Below are positions 27,199 through 41,754 of a stretch of DNA of 64,000 nt, in pieces. This DNA is from Octopus vulgaris (Eukaryota), in assembly GCA_951406725.2 (NCBI GenBank), contig OX597825.1:10106001-10170000 (forward strand). The letters are read 5' to 3'. Below the pieces are notes generated by a model. The model was not told the DNA's origin and did no database searches. It worked only from the letters and a program-made list of their open reading frames with translations. The stretch's first letter is position 1. Every line of letters begins with the position of its first letter. The position numbers and the translations under genes were made by a program.

Positions 27199-28695
27199 CA
27201 ACAACAACAACAATAACAATGCTACAATGATAATAATAATAATGATAATAATAATAATGATAGTAAGAAAAAGAATAATGCCTTCTTGTAGTTATTATTA
27301 TTTCTGCTGTTGCTGCTGCTGATGCTCTTGTAGTGAGCTTCTGTGCTTTCTTAAGTTGCATTCAGAGCTGTTTCAAGAAATCTTAAGACACATTCATCAT
27401 CACCATCATCATCATCATCATTACCATCATCATCATCACCATTGTCATCATCATCATCATTCAATGTTCATTTTTTTTCATGCCTGCATGGGTCAAACAG
27501 AATTTATGGAGGCAGATTACCCTTTCTGTTTCCAAAATTCATTCACCTGCTTACAGGCCAGGTAACGATCTTCCCACAGTTTGACATATTTTTCATGGAA
27601 GAGACAGGGAATGGAAAAGAAATTGCCTCTATGACAATGACACTCATTTACGACTGTGACACATGATGTCAAGGCAAAATATATGCTCAAAAATACAGAC
27701 ATACATACGCACACACTCACACATTTATTTATTTATGAGATCCCAAAATATAAAAGTTTCTCAAGCAAGCATATCAGACCTGCAACCCCCATCATCAGCT
27801 GTCAAGTGAATATCACAATGATTTCAACACCTGGGCAATAGCTTTCCTTCATACCAGTAACATATATTCCTTTTCACCCACTTTCTCACACCGATAAGTA
27901 CACAATTACATCATCATCATCGTCATCATCATCATCATCTTTTAATACAATCAATATGAATCTCATTTAAGTATGGCAGATACAATCAGCTTCTTATCAA
28001 CTTTTATGATCAAATGCATGTATCTCTGTATGATTACCTGTATTGATTTCAAAGGACGGATGAAGTAGGTAGATCTCTATATAAATAGTGTCATAGATTT
28101 AGTTTACAGAAATTACAGCACACTTTTACGGCTCTGATATTTCCCAGTCTTTACTTATCTCCAGTTATTTCAACACATTCGTCCAGTTTGATGGCTCGTT
28201 TATTTATAACTATTCATTTTCCCTAAGATTGAGTCCATAGTTCAGATATGGATAAATTTTATAGGAAAATGCAAGGAAGTTAACTGACTCAATTCAAATT
28301 TATCGCTGGTGCCATTTCATGATAAATCACCGTTTTTATAGGTTGTTTCAGTCATTCTTCGCACCATTCTACAAATATCACTTTCATCTCTTCAATGTTT
28401 CAGTTTTGTATTGTGTGTATGAATGAATGTATACATGTATTTATGCATGAATGCATGTATGTATGTGTATATCTATATGTACATATATATATATATATAT
28501 ATGTGAGTGTGTGTGTATTATTATTATTATTATTATTATCATTAATATTATCATCATCATAATCGTTTAACATCCGCTTTCAATGCTAGCATGGGTTGGA
28601 CGATTTGACTGAGAGTTGGTGAACCAGATCGCTGCACCAGGCTCCAATCTTGATCTGGCAGAGTTTCTACAGCTGGATGCTCTTCCTAATGCCAA

Positions 28696-28805
<110 letters not shown>

Positions 28806-30209
28806 GTATGTTTGTAACTATAGTTAACTTTCTGAGGAATATGAATTGCTAATGCTTGTATACTTGAAGCATCCACTCATTACTCTATATATATATATAT
28901 ATATATATATGCTTTTGGTGTGAATTGTTTTGTTATATTGCGCCATATTTTCCAATCCTGTAAATAATAATAATGGTATTTTTATATGGCGATCACCATG
29001 CAATGACTTAGGAAAATAATCTAACAACGGGGCATATAAGCCCTCGACAGAAAAAAGAAGGCTTTCCTCTCCTCATGGGACTCGAACCCACATCCCTTTG
29101 TTAATGCAACTAAGTGTGTTACCTTTAGACATATATATATATATGTGTGAAATAAGCATATCTTTCCACTACATCACAAGTATTGAGTTCTGTAATATAT
29201 ACTTGTATCTATTTTACAAGTCTTACATTATGATAGCTATAGATTTATGTATATGTATGTGTGCTTTTTTACATGTATGTGTGTGTATGTGTCTGTGTGT
29301 ATTTGTATTTCTAAAAGTATATATGTTTATATACATTTATGTATTTATGTATGTATATTCATTATATAGTTGTCTTTGCATGTCTCTCTCTGTTTTTAAC
29401 TGTTTTCTGTGTTGTTTGTTTGTGTGTTTTGTTTCATTTCTACATTTTTTAATAATTATTGACAAGATTTATTTATTCTCATTTATTTTAAAATTTCAGC
29501 CCCTTTCCTTAATCTTTTTTTTGTTTGTTTTTTGTTGTCATACAGTCAATGGCTTTTTTTACAAATCGTATTTCGTTGTTGTGTGTTGTTGAAGCAAAAC
29601 TCTTTATTACTGGTACCACGTCATGCTTGAATTGCCAAATTCTTAGTATTCTTGCTGATTGCTGTGAATAGTCAGATTTCAGAGAACACACACACACATA
29701 CGTATGCATGCTCACACACAAACACATGCATATACACACTCTCTCACACACACACACACTCACACACACGCACACACATGCACACACACACACATATATG
29801 TATAAAAGTGGATATACTTTTATGAAATACAGAATTGCTGAGATGGAGAAAAGAAATATTTTTTGCCATGTAAAAAAAGCACTCATGCTGGCAGCTTGTA
29901 AGTGAAGACAGCCATGGTGGTGCCATGTAAAAGAGCACCTGAGGCTGGTGCCACATAACAAATCACTGATGATGGTGCCACATAAGAAAACACCTGGGTT
30001 GGTGTCACATATGAAAACACTTGTGCTGATGACACGTTAAAAAGCACCCAGTACACTCTGTAAAATGGTTGGCTTGGCATTAGGAAGAGCATCCAGCTGT
30101 AGAAAACCATGCCAAAACTGACTGGAGCCTAATGCAGCCTTCCCACCTGCAAGCTCCTCTCAAACCGTCCAACCCATACCAGCATGAAAAACAGAAGTTA
30201 AATAACGAA

Positions 30210-30517
<308 letters not shown>

Positions 30518-32128
30518 TATCTGAAAAATAATTAGATATGGAAAAATTGATTTACTGTGATGTCAATTTTGACTTTTCACCAAGCAGCAGCAAAATTGGT
30601 TGATATTAAAGAGAGACTGAAACAGACAAAAAATATAAATAAAAATAGACAAAAAGAACAACAAAAAGAACAACTAATCATAACGACTCACTTCATGTTC
30701 GAGTAAATTTGAAATAAATCATTGTTTTTGTTGGAATCTATGATATTTCAAGTAACTTTGAAACATTTAGTATATAATTGCTATCTAAAAATGGGAATTT
30801 CAGAGACCAAACACACTGCAGTTCCATATGCAACTGCTGTGGGGGTGGAGAACCTGAGCCCTTCTAAAAGCAAAACCATATTCGTTGGGAAATATATATT
30901 TAAAATAAAAATAAATGCACCCTTTTAAAGCCTAGCCAAGCTCATGGGCCCAGATTCCCGGTTTCTATGGCGCATGTGTTCCCCAGCTGGACAGGACACC
31001 AGTCCATCACAGTGTTACTCAGTTTTGCCAGCTGAGTGGACTCGGCAGAATTTGAACTCAGAACGTAGCAGCAGACGAAATACCTATTTCTTTACTACCC
31101 ACAAGGGGCTAAACACAGAGGGGACAAACAAGGACAGACAAAGGGATTAAGTCGATTACATCGACCTCAGTGCGTAACTGGTATTTAATTTATCAACCCC
31201 AAAATGATGAAAGGCAAAGTCAACCTCGGCAGAATTTGAACTCTGAACGTAATGGCAGACGAAATACCGCTAAGCATTTCACCCAGCATGCTAACGATTC
31301 TGTCAGCTCACCACCTTAAAGTTCAGAAATCGTGTAGAAACCATGCCAGTTTCAGTTTCCGTCTACCAAATCTATTCACAAGGTTTTGGTCACTTCAGGG
31401 CTGTAGTTGAAAACACTTGCTGAAGGTATCATATTTTAAAAAACCTTCCCAGTTCTGATCTATGTTTCCGTCACTTCAAAATTATATGCCACGACCTCCC
31501 AAATCTGAACAGTGATATCTAGGCATTGTCCAAGCCTAATTAGGTCACCTATGAAGAAAAACAAACATTACCAATATAAATTATCCTCAAACTATGAATC
31601 AACAATGAAGGAGATCCCAGAATAACAAAACTAAGATATAAGATATTCACAATCAAGCATCACAAACGTGTATTCCCATCATCAGCTTCTAAACAGATAT
31701 CACTATGGTTTCAGCACATGGGCAGGACCACTCAATTCAGTTGTGTCAACAGCATTAAAAATATCATCACTGACATAGAACAATGTAAGAGTAAACAAAC
31801 AGTGATGACTTATAGCTACAAAATATTAATTTATGACAAAGAACTAATTCCAAAAATGACATTCAGACAATACAACAAACAAGAAGAGGACAAATATCCA
31901 TCAAATGTAAATAATGTAAATAATGTAGAAACAATGCAACATGAACTCTTTTTGCAGCAGCAACTTGTAATTCAGCTCGTTATCTGTCTGATTACATTAT
32001 CTCTCCGTAAATAAAAGAGGAGAGAAAAATGAAATCAGTCAGAAACTTTAAATTAAAAGCATTTATATTTCTTTACAGTAATTCATTCTTTTTCTTATTT
32101 TTCTTTTTTTTCTTTTATCTGTTTCCAG

Positions 32129-32214
32129 AAATCGTCCGTGCCTTCACTTTTGTCATCAATCAGGGTTGGGCTATGTACTGGGGTACCTCCCGTTGGACGC
32201 CCACAGAGATCATG
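32129..32214 (+). CDS. KCNAB: Kv-beta coding exon 6
   Basis: gtttccag|AA...ATG|gtaagc; 86 nt; (E)[28 protein letters not shown]. Confidence 0.96.
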
Positions 32215-32263
32215 GTAAGCATCATTTGAACTCAGCATTTGTTATCTCTCTCTCTATATATAT

Positions 32264-32296
<33 letters not shown>

Positions 32297-32583
32297 GTTT
32301 AACGTCCGTTTTCCGCGCTAGCACGAGTTGGACGGTTCGACCGGGGTCTGGGAAGCCAGGGGCTGCACCAGGCTCTAGTCTGATCTGGCAGAGTTTCTAC
32401 AGCTGGATGCCCTTCCTAATGCCAACCACTCCAAGAGTGTGGTGGGTGCTTTTACGTGCCACCTGCACAGGTGCCAGGGGGGTCCGGCATCGGCCACGAT
32501 CGGTTGGTGCTTTTAACGTGCCACCGGCACGGAAGCCAGCCGAGGCGGTGCTGGCATCGGAGGCGGCGCTGGCATGTGTGTGT

Positions 32584-32626
<43 letters not shown>

Positions 32627-32627
32627 C

Positions 32628-32658
<31 letters not shown>

Positions 32659-32659
<1 letters not shown>

Positions 32660-32752
32660 GCTAGAATAAGAACAGGCTGGACAAAGTTCAGAGAGCTTCT
32701 ACCTTTGTTGGTAACTTAGGGCCTCTCCCACAGAGTAAAAGGCAGATTGTAT
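32659..32752 (+). mobile_element. RTE LINE ORF fragment
   Basis: ARIRTGWTKFRELLPLLVT*GLSHRVKGRLY, typical of RTE post-RT sequence. Confidence 0.7.
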
Positions 32753-33054
32753 GTCTTCTGAGGAGGAGGAAGGAAAAGAGGATGCCACAAGTTCTTTAAT
32801 CAAAGAAATTTGTGTTAAATGGGGTGATGTGCAAAGTTTTGTGGAAAAATATCACCCTGTTAATACAGTTTCTTTCTATGCAATCCACTCATAGGGTTTG
32901 GTCAGCCTAAGGCTATAGCAGAAGACACTTGCCCAAGGTGCCACGCAGTGGGACTGAACCCGGGACCATGTGGTTTGGAAGCAAGCTTCTTACCACACAA
33001 GTACACCAACTCAAAATAACACACACTCACACACGCAATGTGATGCACAAACAA

Positions 33055-33090
33055 GGCACACACACACACAACCACACACTCACACACACA

Positions 33091-33177
<87 letters not shown>

Positions 33178-33311
33178 ACACACTCACACACACACGCACT
33201 CACACACTCACACACACACACACATTCACATACACACACACTCACACACACATGCACACACACACACGTGTACGCACGCACGAACAGACACACAGACACT
33301 CACACACACAC

Positions 33312-33344
<33 letters not shown>

Positions 33345-33376
33345 CACTCTTTCTCTCTCTCTCTCACACACACACT
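33055..33376. repeat. (CA)n microsatellite
   Basis: Direct reading. Confidence 0.95.
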
Positions 33377-34229
33377 TATACTGGAATATTAGAAATAGTC
33401 AATGCTTTCGTCCGAACGAGTCAGCAGCGTCACTACAATGCAAGGGAAATAACTCCAACTGAATTATGTTTTTCTCCCTCTAGAGTCGTTTGGGAATAAT
33501 CTTTTCTACTCTAGGCACAAGGCCTGAAATTTTTTAGGGGTTTGGGGCTGCTCGATAACATCGACCTCAGGGTTCAACTGGTATTTCTTTCATCGATGTT
33601 GAAAGGATGAAAGGCTAAGTCGACCTCGGCGAAATTTGAACTCAGAACATCCAGTCAGAAGAAGTGCTGCTGGGCATTTGGTCTGGCATCCTAACGATTC
33701 TGCCAACTCACTGTATTGCTGTTTACTCTTTTACTTGTTTCAGTCATTTGACTGTGGCCATGGTGGAGCACCGCCTTCAGTCGAGCAAATCGCCCCCAGG
33801 ACTTATTCTTTGTAAGCCTAGTACTTATTCTATTCTATCGGTTTCTTTTGCCGAACCGCTAATTTACAGGGAACGTAAACACACCAGCATCGGTTGTCAA
33901 GCGATGTTGGGGGGACAAACACAGACACACAAACATATACACACATATACATATATATACACATATATACGACGGGCTTCTTTCAGTTTCTTATTTCTTT
34001 ATTGCCTACAAGAGGCTAAACATGGAGGGGACAAACAAGGACAGACAAAGGGATTAAGTCGATTACATCGACCCCTGTGCATAACTGGTACTTAATATAT
34101 CTACCCCGAAAGGATGAAAGGCAAAGTCAACCTCGGCGGAATTTGAACACACCAGCATCAGTTGTCAAGCGATGTGGGGGGACAAACACAGACACACAAA
34201 CATATACACACACATACATACATACATAC

Positions 34230-34655
34230 ATAAAACTTAGATAAAACTTAGATATGTTTCGACCAGAGATTGGTCCAGGCCATGTCTAACTTAATAGCAC
34301 CACCTGATAGGATTATTCGAATCCTGTTTAAGTCAAGTTTTGTTCAAGTAGTGAGTTCTTGTTGGGTGAGTTGTATCCAGTTTTGTTCAAGTAGTGAGTT
34401 GTTGTTGGGTGAGTTGTATCCAATTATGGGTGGCTTATCTGGTATTCTTTGAAGGAATCTATCCAGACTCTGTTTGAAGTTGATGGGATCCTTTTCCTCT
34501 TTGATCTCCCTCGGGACAATGTTAAATAGGGCAGGGCCTGTTGAGGAAAAGAAATTATGTTGCAGTGTACATGTATGTTGTGATCTTGAATTTGGCAGGG
34601 GACGTATAGCCCGTGGTCCAAGTCTCGGAAGAACCTTGAAGCTAATGTTTGACAT
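34230..34655 (-). mobile_element. 5'-truncated CR1/L2-group LINE 3' end
   Basis: ORF 34344..34655 NFFSSTGPALFNIVPREIKEEKDPINFKQSLDRFLQRIPDKPPIIGY...NSLL resembles a CR1-group ORF2 C-terminus; short repeated tail. Confidence 0.7.
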
Positions 34656-35094
34656 ACATCTATATATATATATATATATATATCCGATGGGCTTCTTTCA
34701 GTTTCTGCCAACCAAATCCACTCACAAGGCTTTGGTCGGCCCGAGGCTATAGTAGAAGAACCCGGAACCATGTGTACCTAAAACCAAAGATCACCCACCA
34801 TTCATTCATGATCTATGTAGAATAAAATGACTAAAACTATTATTGGTTACTCCCAGGTCAGGCCTGCTGGCCATCATGACTTGAGGTAAAAGAAAATACT
34901 TTCCACCTGTTACTATGTTATCATTTTTTAATTCCTTACCTTTTTTGTTTTGAACCTTAATGTATCCCAGACTGTTATCTACCGCATCTTTTCTAAGATG
35001 TTAATGTTGTTTGATAGAGATTTTTTTGAAAAACTTTTGCTCTTTTTTTCATTGTTTCCCATTATTTTTTTTTCTTTCTTTTGACCCCGTGTAG

Positions 35095-35215
35095 GAAAGT
35101 TATGCTGTGGCACGCCAGTTCAACCTGATCCCACCAACTGCTGAACAAGCTGAATATAACATGTTTCATCGAGATAAAGTTGAGCTTCACATGCATGAGA
35201 TCTACACTAAAATTG
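35095..35215 (+). CDS. KCNAB: Kv-beta coding exon 7
   Basis: gtgtag|GAA...ATTG|gtaaag; 121 nt; [40 protein letters not shown](G). Confidence 0.96.
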
Positions 35216-37113
35216 GTAAAGTTCTCCTCCATCATCTCCATCGCCATCTTCATCACAACAATAAACTAACATTCATATACACACTACATCCTTCTGCAAC
35301 AAAATAAATTAAAGTGGTCATGTGATCTACAACGGGTGGTTGTGATTGGATAGTTTCATTAGAATCATGCTTAATCTTAGTCATGTGATCTCTTCATCAT
35401 ACGAGGACACTTCATATATATTTCTTTACTACCCACAAGGGGCTAAACACAGAGGGGACAAACAAGGACAGACAAAGGGATTAAGTCGATTACATCGACC
35501 CAGTGCGAAACTGGTACTAAATTTATCGACCCCGAAAGGATGAAAGGCAAAGTCAACCTCGGCAGAATTTGAACTCAGAACATGACAGACGAAATATGGC
35601 TACGCATTTCGCCCGGCATGCTAACGTTTCTGCCAGCTCGCCGCCTTAGGACACTTCATATAGATGATGTTATGTAGTTGTTGTTGTTGTTAAGCTACAA
35701 GACGAGTAAGGGTGATTAGGTGATGGTCTAGGGCTTAGGGGCGGGAGACCCCAGACCTTGGAAAAAAAAAAGAACTTTGGTCGTCTTGTTGTAGTCGAGG
35801 GCTCTTGAAGTCACTAGAAATGGAGATCTCCAGGTCCAAATTCTTGGACGGCTGCTGTTATGTATGAAATGTGATACTGTTTGAAAACAACAATCTGATG
35901 TTAATCGTAAATGATGTTCTTAATTTATAAGAATACCCTTCCTTTGGCATTAGGAAGGGTATCCAGCCATAGAAACCATGCCAAAACAAAGAGCTCAGGT
36001 AGCCCTTCAGCAAGCCAAGTTCCTGACAAACTATCCAACCCATGCCAACAGGGTTAAATGATGTTAGTTGATGATGGTGACAATGATGTTTACACAACGT
36101 GTGTGGGAACACCTGTAAGGTACAAGTGAAAGTAAGGAACTCATGAACACATATGGTCATTAGCTTAATTGGACGGTTTGATTGAAAACTGGTAAGCTGG
36201 GGAGCTGCACCAGGTTCCAGTCTGATTTGGCAAAGTTTTTTCAGCTGGATGCCCTTCCTAATGCCTACCACTCCACAGAGAGTACTGGGTGCATTTTACA
36301 TGCCACTGGCACAGATGTTAGTTACAAAACACTAACATCAGCCACGACTGTGACCTCACTTGGCTTCACAGGTCTTCTCAAGCACTGTATATTTTTTTCT
36401 ACTCTAGGCACAGGGCCTGAAATTTTGGGAGAGGGGGCCAGTCAATTAGATCAACCCCAATATGCAACTGGTACTTAATTTATCGACCCTGAAAGGATGA
36501 AAGGCAAAGTTGTCAACCTCAGCAGAATTTGAACTCAGAACATAAAGACAGACAAAATACCTATTTCTTTATTACCCACAAGGGGCTAAACACATAGAGG
36601 ACAAACAAGGACAGACAAACGGATTAAGTCGATTACATCGACCCCAGTGTGTAACTGGTACTTATTTAATCGACCCCAAAAGGATGAAAAGCAAAGTCGA
36701 CCTTGGTGGAATTGGAACTAGGAACGTAGCGGCAGACGAAATATCATTAAGCATTTCACCTGGCATGCTAACGTTTCTGCCAGCTCGCCACCTTACAAGC
36801 ATTGTATATTGTCAAAGGTCTCGGTTATTCATCATTATTAAATATAAATTAAGACTGTGAACTCACAGAATCTTTACAGCACCAGTAAAAATGCTTAGCA
36901 ACAATTCTTCAGACTTCACATTCTGAGTTCAAAAGCCACCAGGGTTAACTTTGTCTTCCGTTTTTTTGGGGTCTATAAAATAAGTACCAGTTCAGTTCTG
37001 GGTTCAATGTAACCAACTAATCTTCTCACCAGAAATTGCTGGCCTTGTGCCAAAATTTGAAACCAATATTATTAAATATAAATGTATAATTAATTACTTA
37101 CGATTTCTTTTAG

Positions 37114-37208
37114 GCGTTGGAACAATTTGCTGGTCCCCATTAGCATCAGGAATTCTTTCAGGGAAGTATGACGATGGAGTACCGATCTATTCTCGTGCTG
37201 CCCTAAAG
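37114..37208 (+). CDS. KCNAB: Kv-beta coding exon 8
   Basis: cttttag|GC...AAG|gtaggt; 95 nt; (G)[36 protein letters not shown]-binding WSPLA motif. Confidence 0.96.
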
Positions 37209-37412
37209 GTAGGTCTTCTCTTTGGAACACATTTTATATTTGCATTTACAACCTCACAGAAAGTCACATTGCTGCATTAAATATTGTTTCACACTTCAAT
37301 GCCACATTGTATCCATGTCCAAAGCACTTAATGCTTCCTGGCCCAGTCCAGTTAGCTGTAAATAGGTACCATGGGCCAGAGCATGTCGTCTCTGTAACCA
37401 GCCAAAGCTCAG

Positions 37413-37443
<31 letters not shown>

Positions 37444-38024
37444 TATTATCATCACCATCATCATCATCATCACCATCATCATCATCTTCGTCATCGTCAT
37501 CATTATCATCGTCATCATCATCGTCATCATCATCGTCATTGTCATCATCATCATCATCATCGTCATCGTCATCGTCATTGTCGTCATCATCATCGTCGTC
37601 ATCATCATCATCATCACCATCATTTAACATCCATGTTCTGTGCTGGAGTGTGATGGAGCTGGCATCAACAAGATTAGAACTAGAAAAGAACATCTGCTTC
37701 TGCAGTCTTGTAACTATTTTGAAGAACTATATCAAACTTACAAGAACTGTAGTAAATAAAAGTGAGAGCATTGTCTCTGAAGAGAATCTCAAGAAAGACT
37801 GAGAACCAATCGGGATAATCCTTTTTTTTCCTGTCTTCAAAAACTGTAAAGAAACATTTTTTCAATTTTCTACTGTAAAAATGGTTGAACTTTTGTACTA
37901 TTCTCATAAGGTATACTCTATTGTGCAGTTCTATTACCTTATTATCATCACAGACAGAATAGGTGATATCAACACTGGCAGGATTCCAACTCTCAGATTT
38001 ATGGGAAGAGACTAAATTCTTTAA

Positions 38025-38245
38025 CCCTTTCATTACCAACCCGGCTGAAACCGGCTCCAGCTCTGTAGTACAAATGTCTTGTTTTCATAAGTTTCGAATT
38101 AAAATCTTCCACCAAACCTTAGTCACAATTTATGTTCCTAATACTAGCTTAATGATAACTAAGTTATTTTACTAAATTCTTTGTTATATTTACAATAATT
38201 GAAAGAAACACAGAGCATTTCAAAATAGATACAGTAATGAAAGGG
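38025..38245. mobile_element. piggyBac-type MITE
   Basis: TTAA-CCCTTTCATTAC...GTAATGAAAGGG-TTAA. Second copy in opposite orientation at 49121-49343, also TTAA-flanked. Confidence 0.85.
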
Positions 38246-38361
38246 TTAAAGCGTTTAATCTGAGTCTCTCTGTCAACATTACACTAGAAATACTGGTTTT
38301 TACTTGAACATGAAACCAGTTTTTGAAAAAGAGCAAGATAGTGATTGAGCAAATATTAATC

Positions 38362-38596
38362 TTCTGTTGAGTCTGGGGAGAGTCATTTTCTTTTTGTGCC
38401 TTATAATGTAACACACTCACCGGTAATATTTCCATTTATTTCTTATTGAAAGACTATTGAAAGACTATTGAAAAGGTTGCAAGACGCAACGAAAAGTTTA
38501 TGAAAATAAAAATAAGAAATAAGTGGAAATTTTACCGGTGAGTGTGTTACATAATAAGGCACAAAAAGAAAATGACTCTCTTCAGACACAACAGAA
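38362..38596. repeat. Long inverted repeat (~85-nt arms)
   Basis: GAGAGTCATTTTCTTTTTGTGCCTTATAATGTAACACACTCACCGGTAA is mirrored by TTACCGGTGAGTGTGTTACATAATAAGGCACAAAAAGAAAATGACTCTC. Confidence 0.85.
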
Positions 38597-39413
38597 TATG
38601 CTTCAACTCACGAACTCATATAAAGAATCTTGCAAACCAAATCCAAAAACGAAATATTAATCTATTAATGGCATTAAGGCAGTAAGCAAGCAGAAATTTC
38701 ACCACGCCAGGCAAAATACTTGTGGTATTTCTTCCAGGCGAACTGGCACAATCGTTACCACTCCGGGCGAAATGATTTGTGGTATTTCGTTTGCCGCTAC
38801 GTTCTGAGTTCAAATTCTGCCAAGGTCAACTTTGCCTTTCAACCTTTCGGGGTCGATTAAATAAGTACCATTTACGCACTGGGGTCGATATAATCGACTT
38901 AATTCGTTTGTCTGTCCTTGTTTGTCCTCTCTGTGTGTAGCCCCTTGTGGGTAGTAAAGAAATAAGTATTACTTCCAACTTTACATTCTGAGTTCAAATG
39001 CTGCCAGGGGTGGACTTTATCTTTCATCCTTTCAGGATCAATAAAACAACAACCAGCTGAGCACAAGAGGGTCAATATAATCGACTTAACCCCTACACTG
39101 AAATTGCAGATGTTACTGTCTTAATTGCTGGCCTTGTGCCAAAATTTTAAGTCAATATTTGAATGACATTTTTTTTGTCATGAGATGGAGATAAAATAAA
39201 ATTAATCCGAGTTAGATTTGGAAACAGAACTTTACTAAACAAAACTTGCCAGAGTAAAGCATTTAGCTCAGTCTTTTTGCTGGTTCCATCAACCACATTG
39301 TTCTATGTTCAGTATGATATATTGATTATTGTATGTTCAATAAGATTTATTGATCTCTCAATGTCCTGTATTGATCAACACTAAAATATTTTACTTTAAA
39401 CATTTCTCTGCAG

Positions 39414-39534
39414 AATTACGGATGGCTGAAAGATAAAATTCTCAGTGAGGAGGGCCGCAAACAGCAAGCACGTCTAAGAGAAGTGGCAGTCGTTGCTGAT
39501 AGATTAGGTTGCTCATTAGCTCAACTGGCAATAG
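39414..39534 (+). CDS. KCNAB: Kv-beta coding exon 9
   Basis: ctctgcag|AAT...ATAG|gtaaga; 121 nt; [40 protein letters not shown](A). Confidence 0.96.
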
Positions 39535-40757
39535 GTAAGAGAGCTTTGATTATCCACACAAAGTTAATTACTGGGAAAAGCTCACAGGTGATGCAGGTGA
39601 TTAATTCTAAGATCGAGCTACTTAACAACTAGTATGAATTTAAATGTGGAGGTACATGGCCTAGTGGTTAGAGCAGCGGACTCGCGGTCGAGGGATCGCG
39701 GGTTTGAATCTCAGACCAGACATGTTGTATCAATATAGATATTTACACAATTTAGAAATGAAATCAATGTAAATGCTGGCTAGACAGACACACACAACAT
39801 ACATAGATTGGATAACGATAGTGTATATATAGGACAGTGGAGGCACATGGCCTAGTGGTTAGAGCAGTGGACTAACGGTTGAGGGATCGTTGGTTCGAAT
39901 TTCAGACCGGGCGATGTTTGTGTTTATGAGCGAAACACCTAAGCTCCACACAGCTCCAGCAGAAAGTAATGGCAAACTTCTGCTGACTCTTTCGCCACAA
40001 CTTTCTCTCACTCTTTCCTCCTGCATCTTGTAGCTCACCTGTGACGGACCGGCGTCCTGTCCAGGTGGTGAACCTATACGCCAAGGAAACCAGCAAACCA
40101 GCCCTAATGAGCCAGGTGTGGCTCAAGAAGAAACAAACAATTAGTATAAATTTAAATATTACTTCTGTGCAGTTGCTTACCCCAATCACTGTAGCAATCA
40201 GATGAATCCACTTTTAGAAAATTATTAATCTTAACGATAGGCGCAGGAGTGGCTGTGTGGTAAGTAGCTTGCTAACCAACCACCTTGGGCAAGTGTCTTC
40301 TACTATAGCCCCGGGCCGACCAAAGCCTTGTGAGTGGATTTGGTAGACGGAAACTGAAAGAAGCCCGTCGTATATATGTATATATGTATATATATATGTA
40401 TGTGTGTGTGTTTGTGTGTCTGTGTTTGTCCCCCTAGCATTGCTTGACAACCGATGCTGGTGTGTTTACGTCCCCGTCACTTAGCGGTTCGGCAAAAAGA
40501 GACCGATAGAATAAGTACTGGGCTTACAAAAAGAATAAGTCCTGGGGCCGAGTTGTTCGACTAAAGGCGGTGCTCCAGCATGGCCGCAGTCAAATGACTG
40601 AAACAAGTAAAAGAGTAAAAGAGCGAAAGAGATAGAGATAGAGATAGAAATTTTGAGAAGATTCTACAGAGACCTAAAAAAAATGCCTATTTGTTAATTT
40701 AGCCACCTTGACTGCAAAATTGCAGTCCAGAGATTGAACTTTCTCCTTCTATTTCAG

Positions 40758-40846
40758 CCTGGTGTCTGAGACAGGAAGCCATTCATTGTGTTTTACTTGG
40801 AGCTACATCAGTTGACCAACTTTATGAAAATCTCCAAGCTCTGCAG
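40758..40846 (+). CDS. KCNAB: Kv-beta coding exon 10
   Basis: atttcag|CC...CAG|gtattt; 89 nt; (A)WCLRQEAIHCVLLGATSVDQLYENLQALQ. Confidence 0.95.
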
Positions 40847-41318
40847 GTATTTATACTCATGTCACAATGGCATTAAGATTGTCAATTCCTGTTGCAAATT
40901 TATTGAATTTTTGGTCCTATAATAAACACCGTCATATTTAAGCATATTAGGCCAAGGTGCTTCAACATACACTTATATACAAAGAGTTTCTACACATGTC
41001 AACTAACATGCTAGAAATAGCAGCAAAAATCTTCATCAAATTAGAGGTGAGTCTGATTTGGCATCTGGTGAATGCAAATAGATCCATTATGTGTTGATGA
41101 AATGTAAGACATTACTGAACAAATAAATCACCATTCTGTGGTGGAAACTTTATAACATAATGTGAACAATATTTCTATTCATATTCTGTTTATTTATATA
41201 TATATATAAATATATATGACAGAGAGGTGCAGGAGTAGTTGTGCTCAGGCTGACTAAAGCGCCTTGTGAGTGAATTTGGTAGACAGAAACTGAAAGAAGC
41301 CTGTCATATATATATATA

Positions 41319-41601
41319 TCAAAATGAGCAACAGGGTATCAAGTAGTGATGCAGTACAACCGCTTCAAGCAGCTCCATTTAGTTAAACAAAGCAATCATT
41401 ACATAAATTTAAATGCAATACTATCATCAGCTGTACAAAAAAATATATGGAATTTCAACAGGTAGGCTACATTAATATAATTTGTGCAGCTGAAGATAGC
41501 ACTGCATTAAAATTAATGTAATGATTGCATTGTTCAATCAAATAAATTCACTTGAAACGGTCGTACTGCATCACTACTTGATATGTTGTTGCTTATTTTG
41601 A
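41319..41601. mobile_element. Fold-back element (~120-nt arms)
   Basis: TCAAAATGAGCAACA...TGTTGCTTATTTTGA; related fold-back at 56645-56880. Confidence 0.75.
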
Positions 41602-41754
41602 TTTTATTCACCTTACTTCGAGCTGTGCAGATAACACCAGACTGGCAAGATTCTTTATGTGAAATCATGCGTTGAAACAGATATTGTTACATTTGAGGAT
41701 GGTTGACAAAATAAACTAAGCGGAACAAGAGGTGAGAGATAGGATAAAGAGTCA

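Noticed and set aside
27990-28400. Possible degraded GIY-YIG or transposase relic
   Set aside because: Too decayed to support from motifs by eye.
39646-39720. tRNA gene
   Set aside because: tRNA-like SINE head; no proper acceptor stem, and it matches the family C heads.
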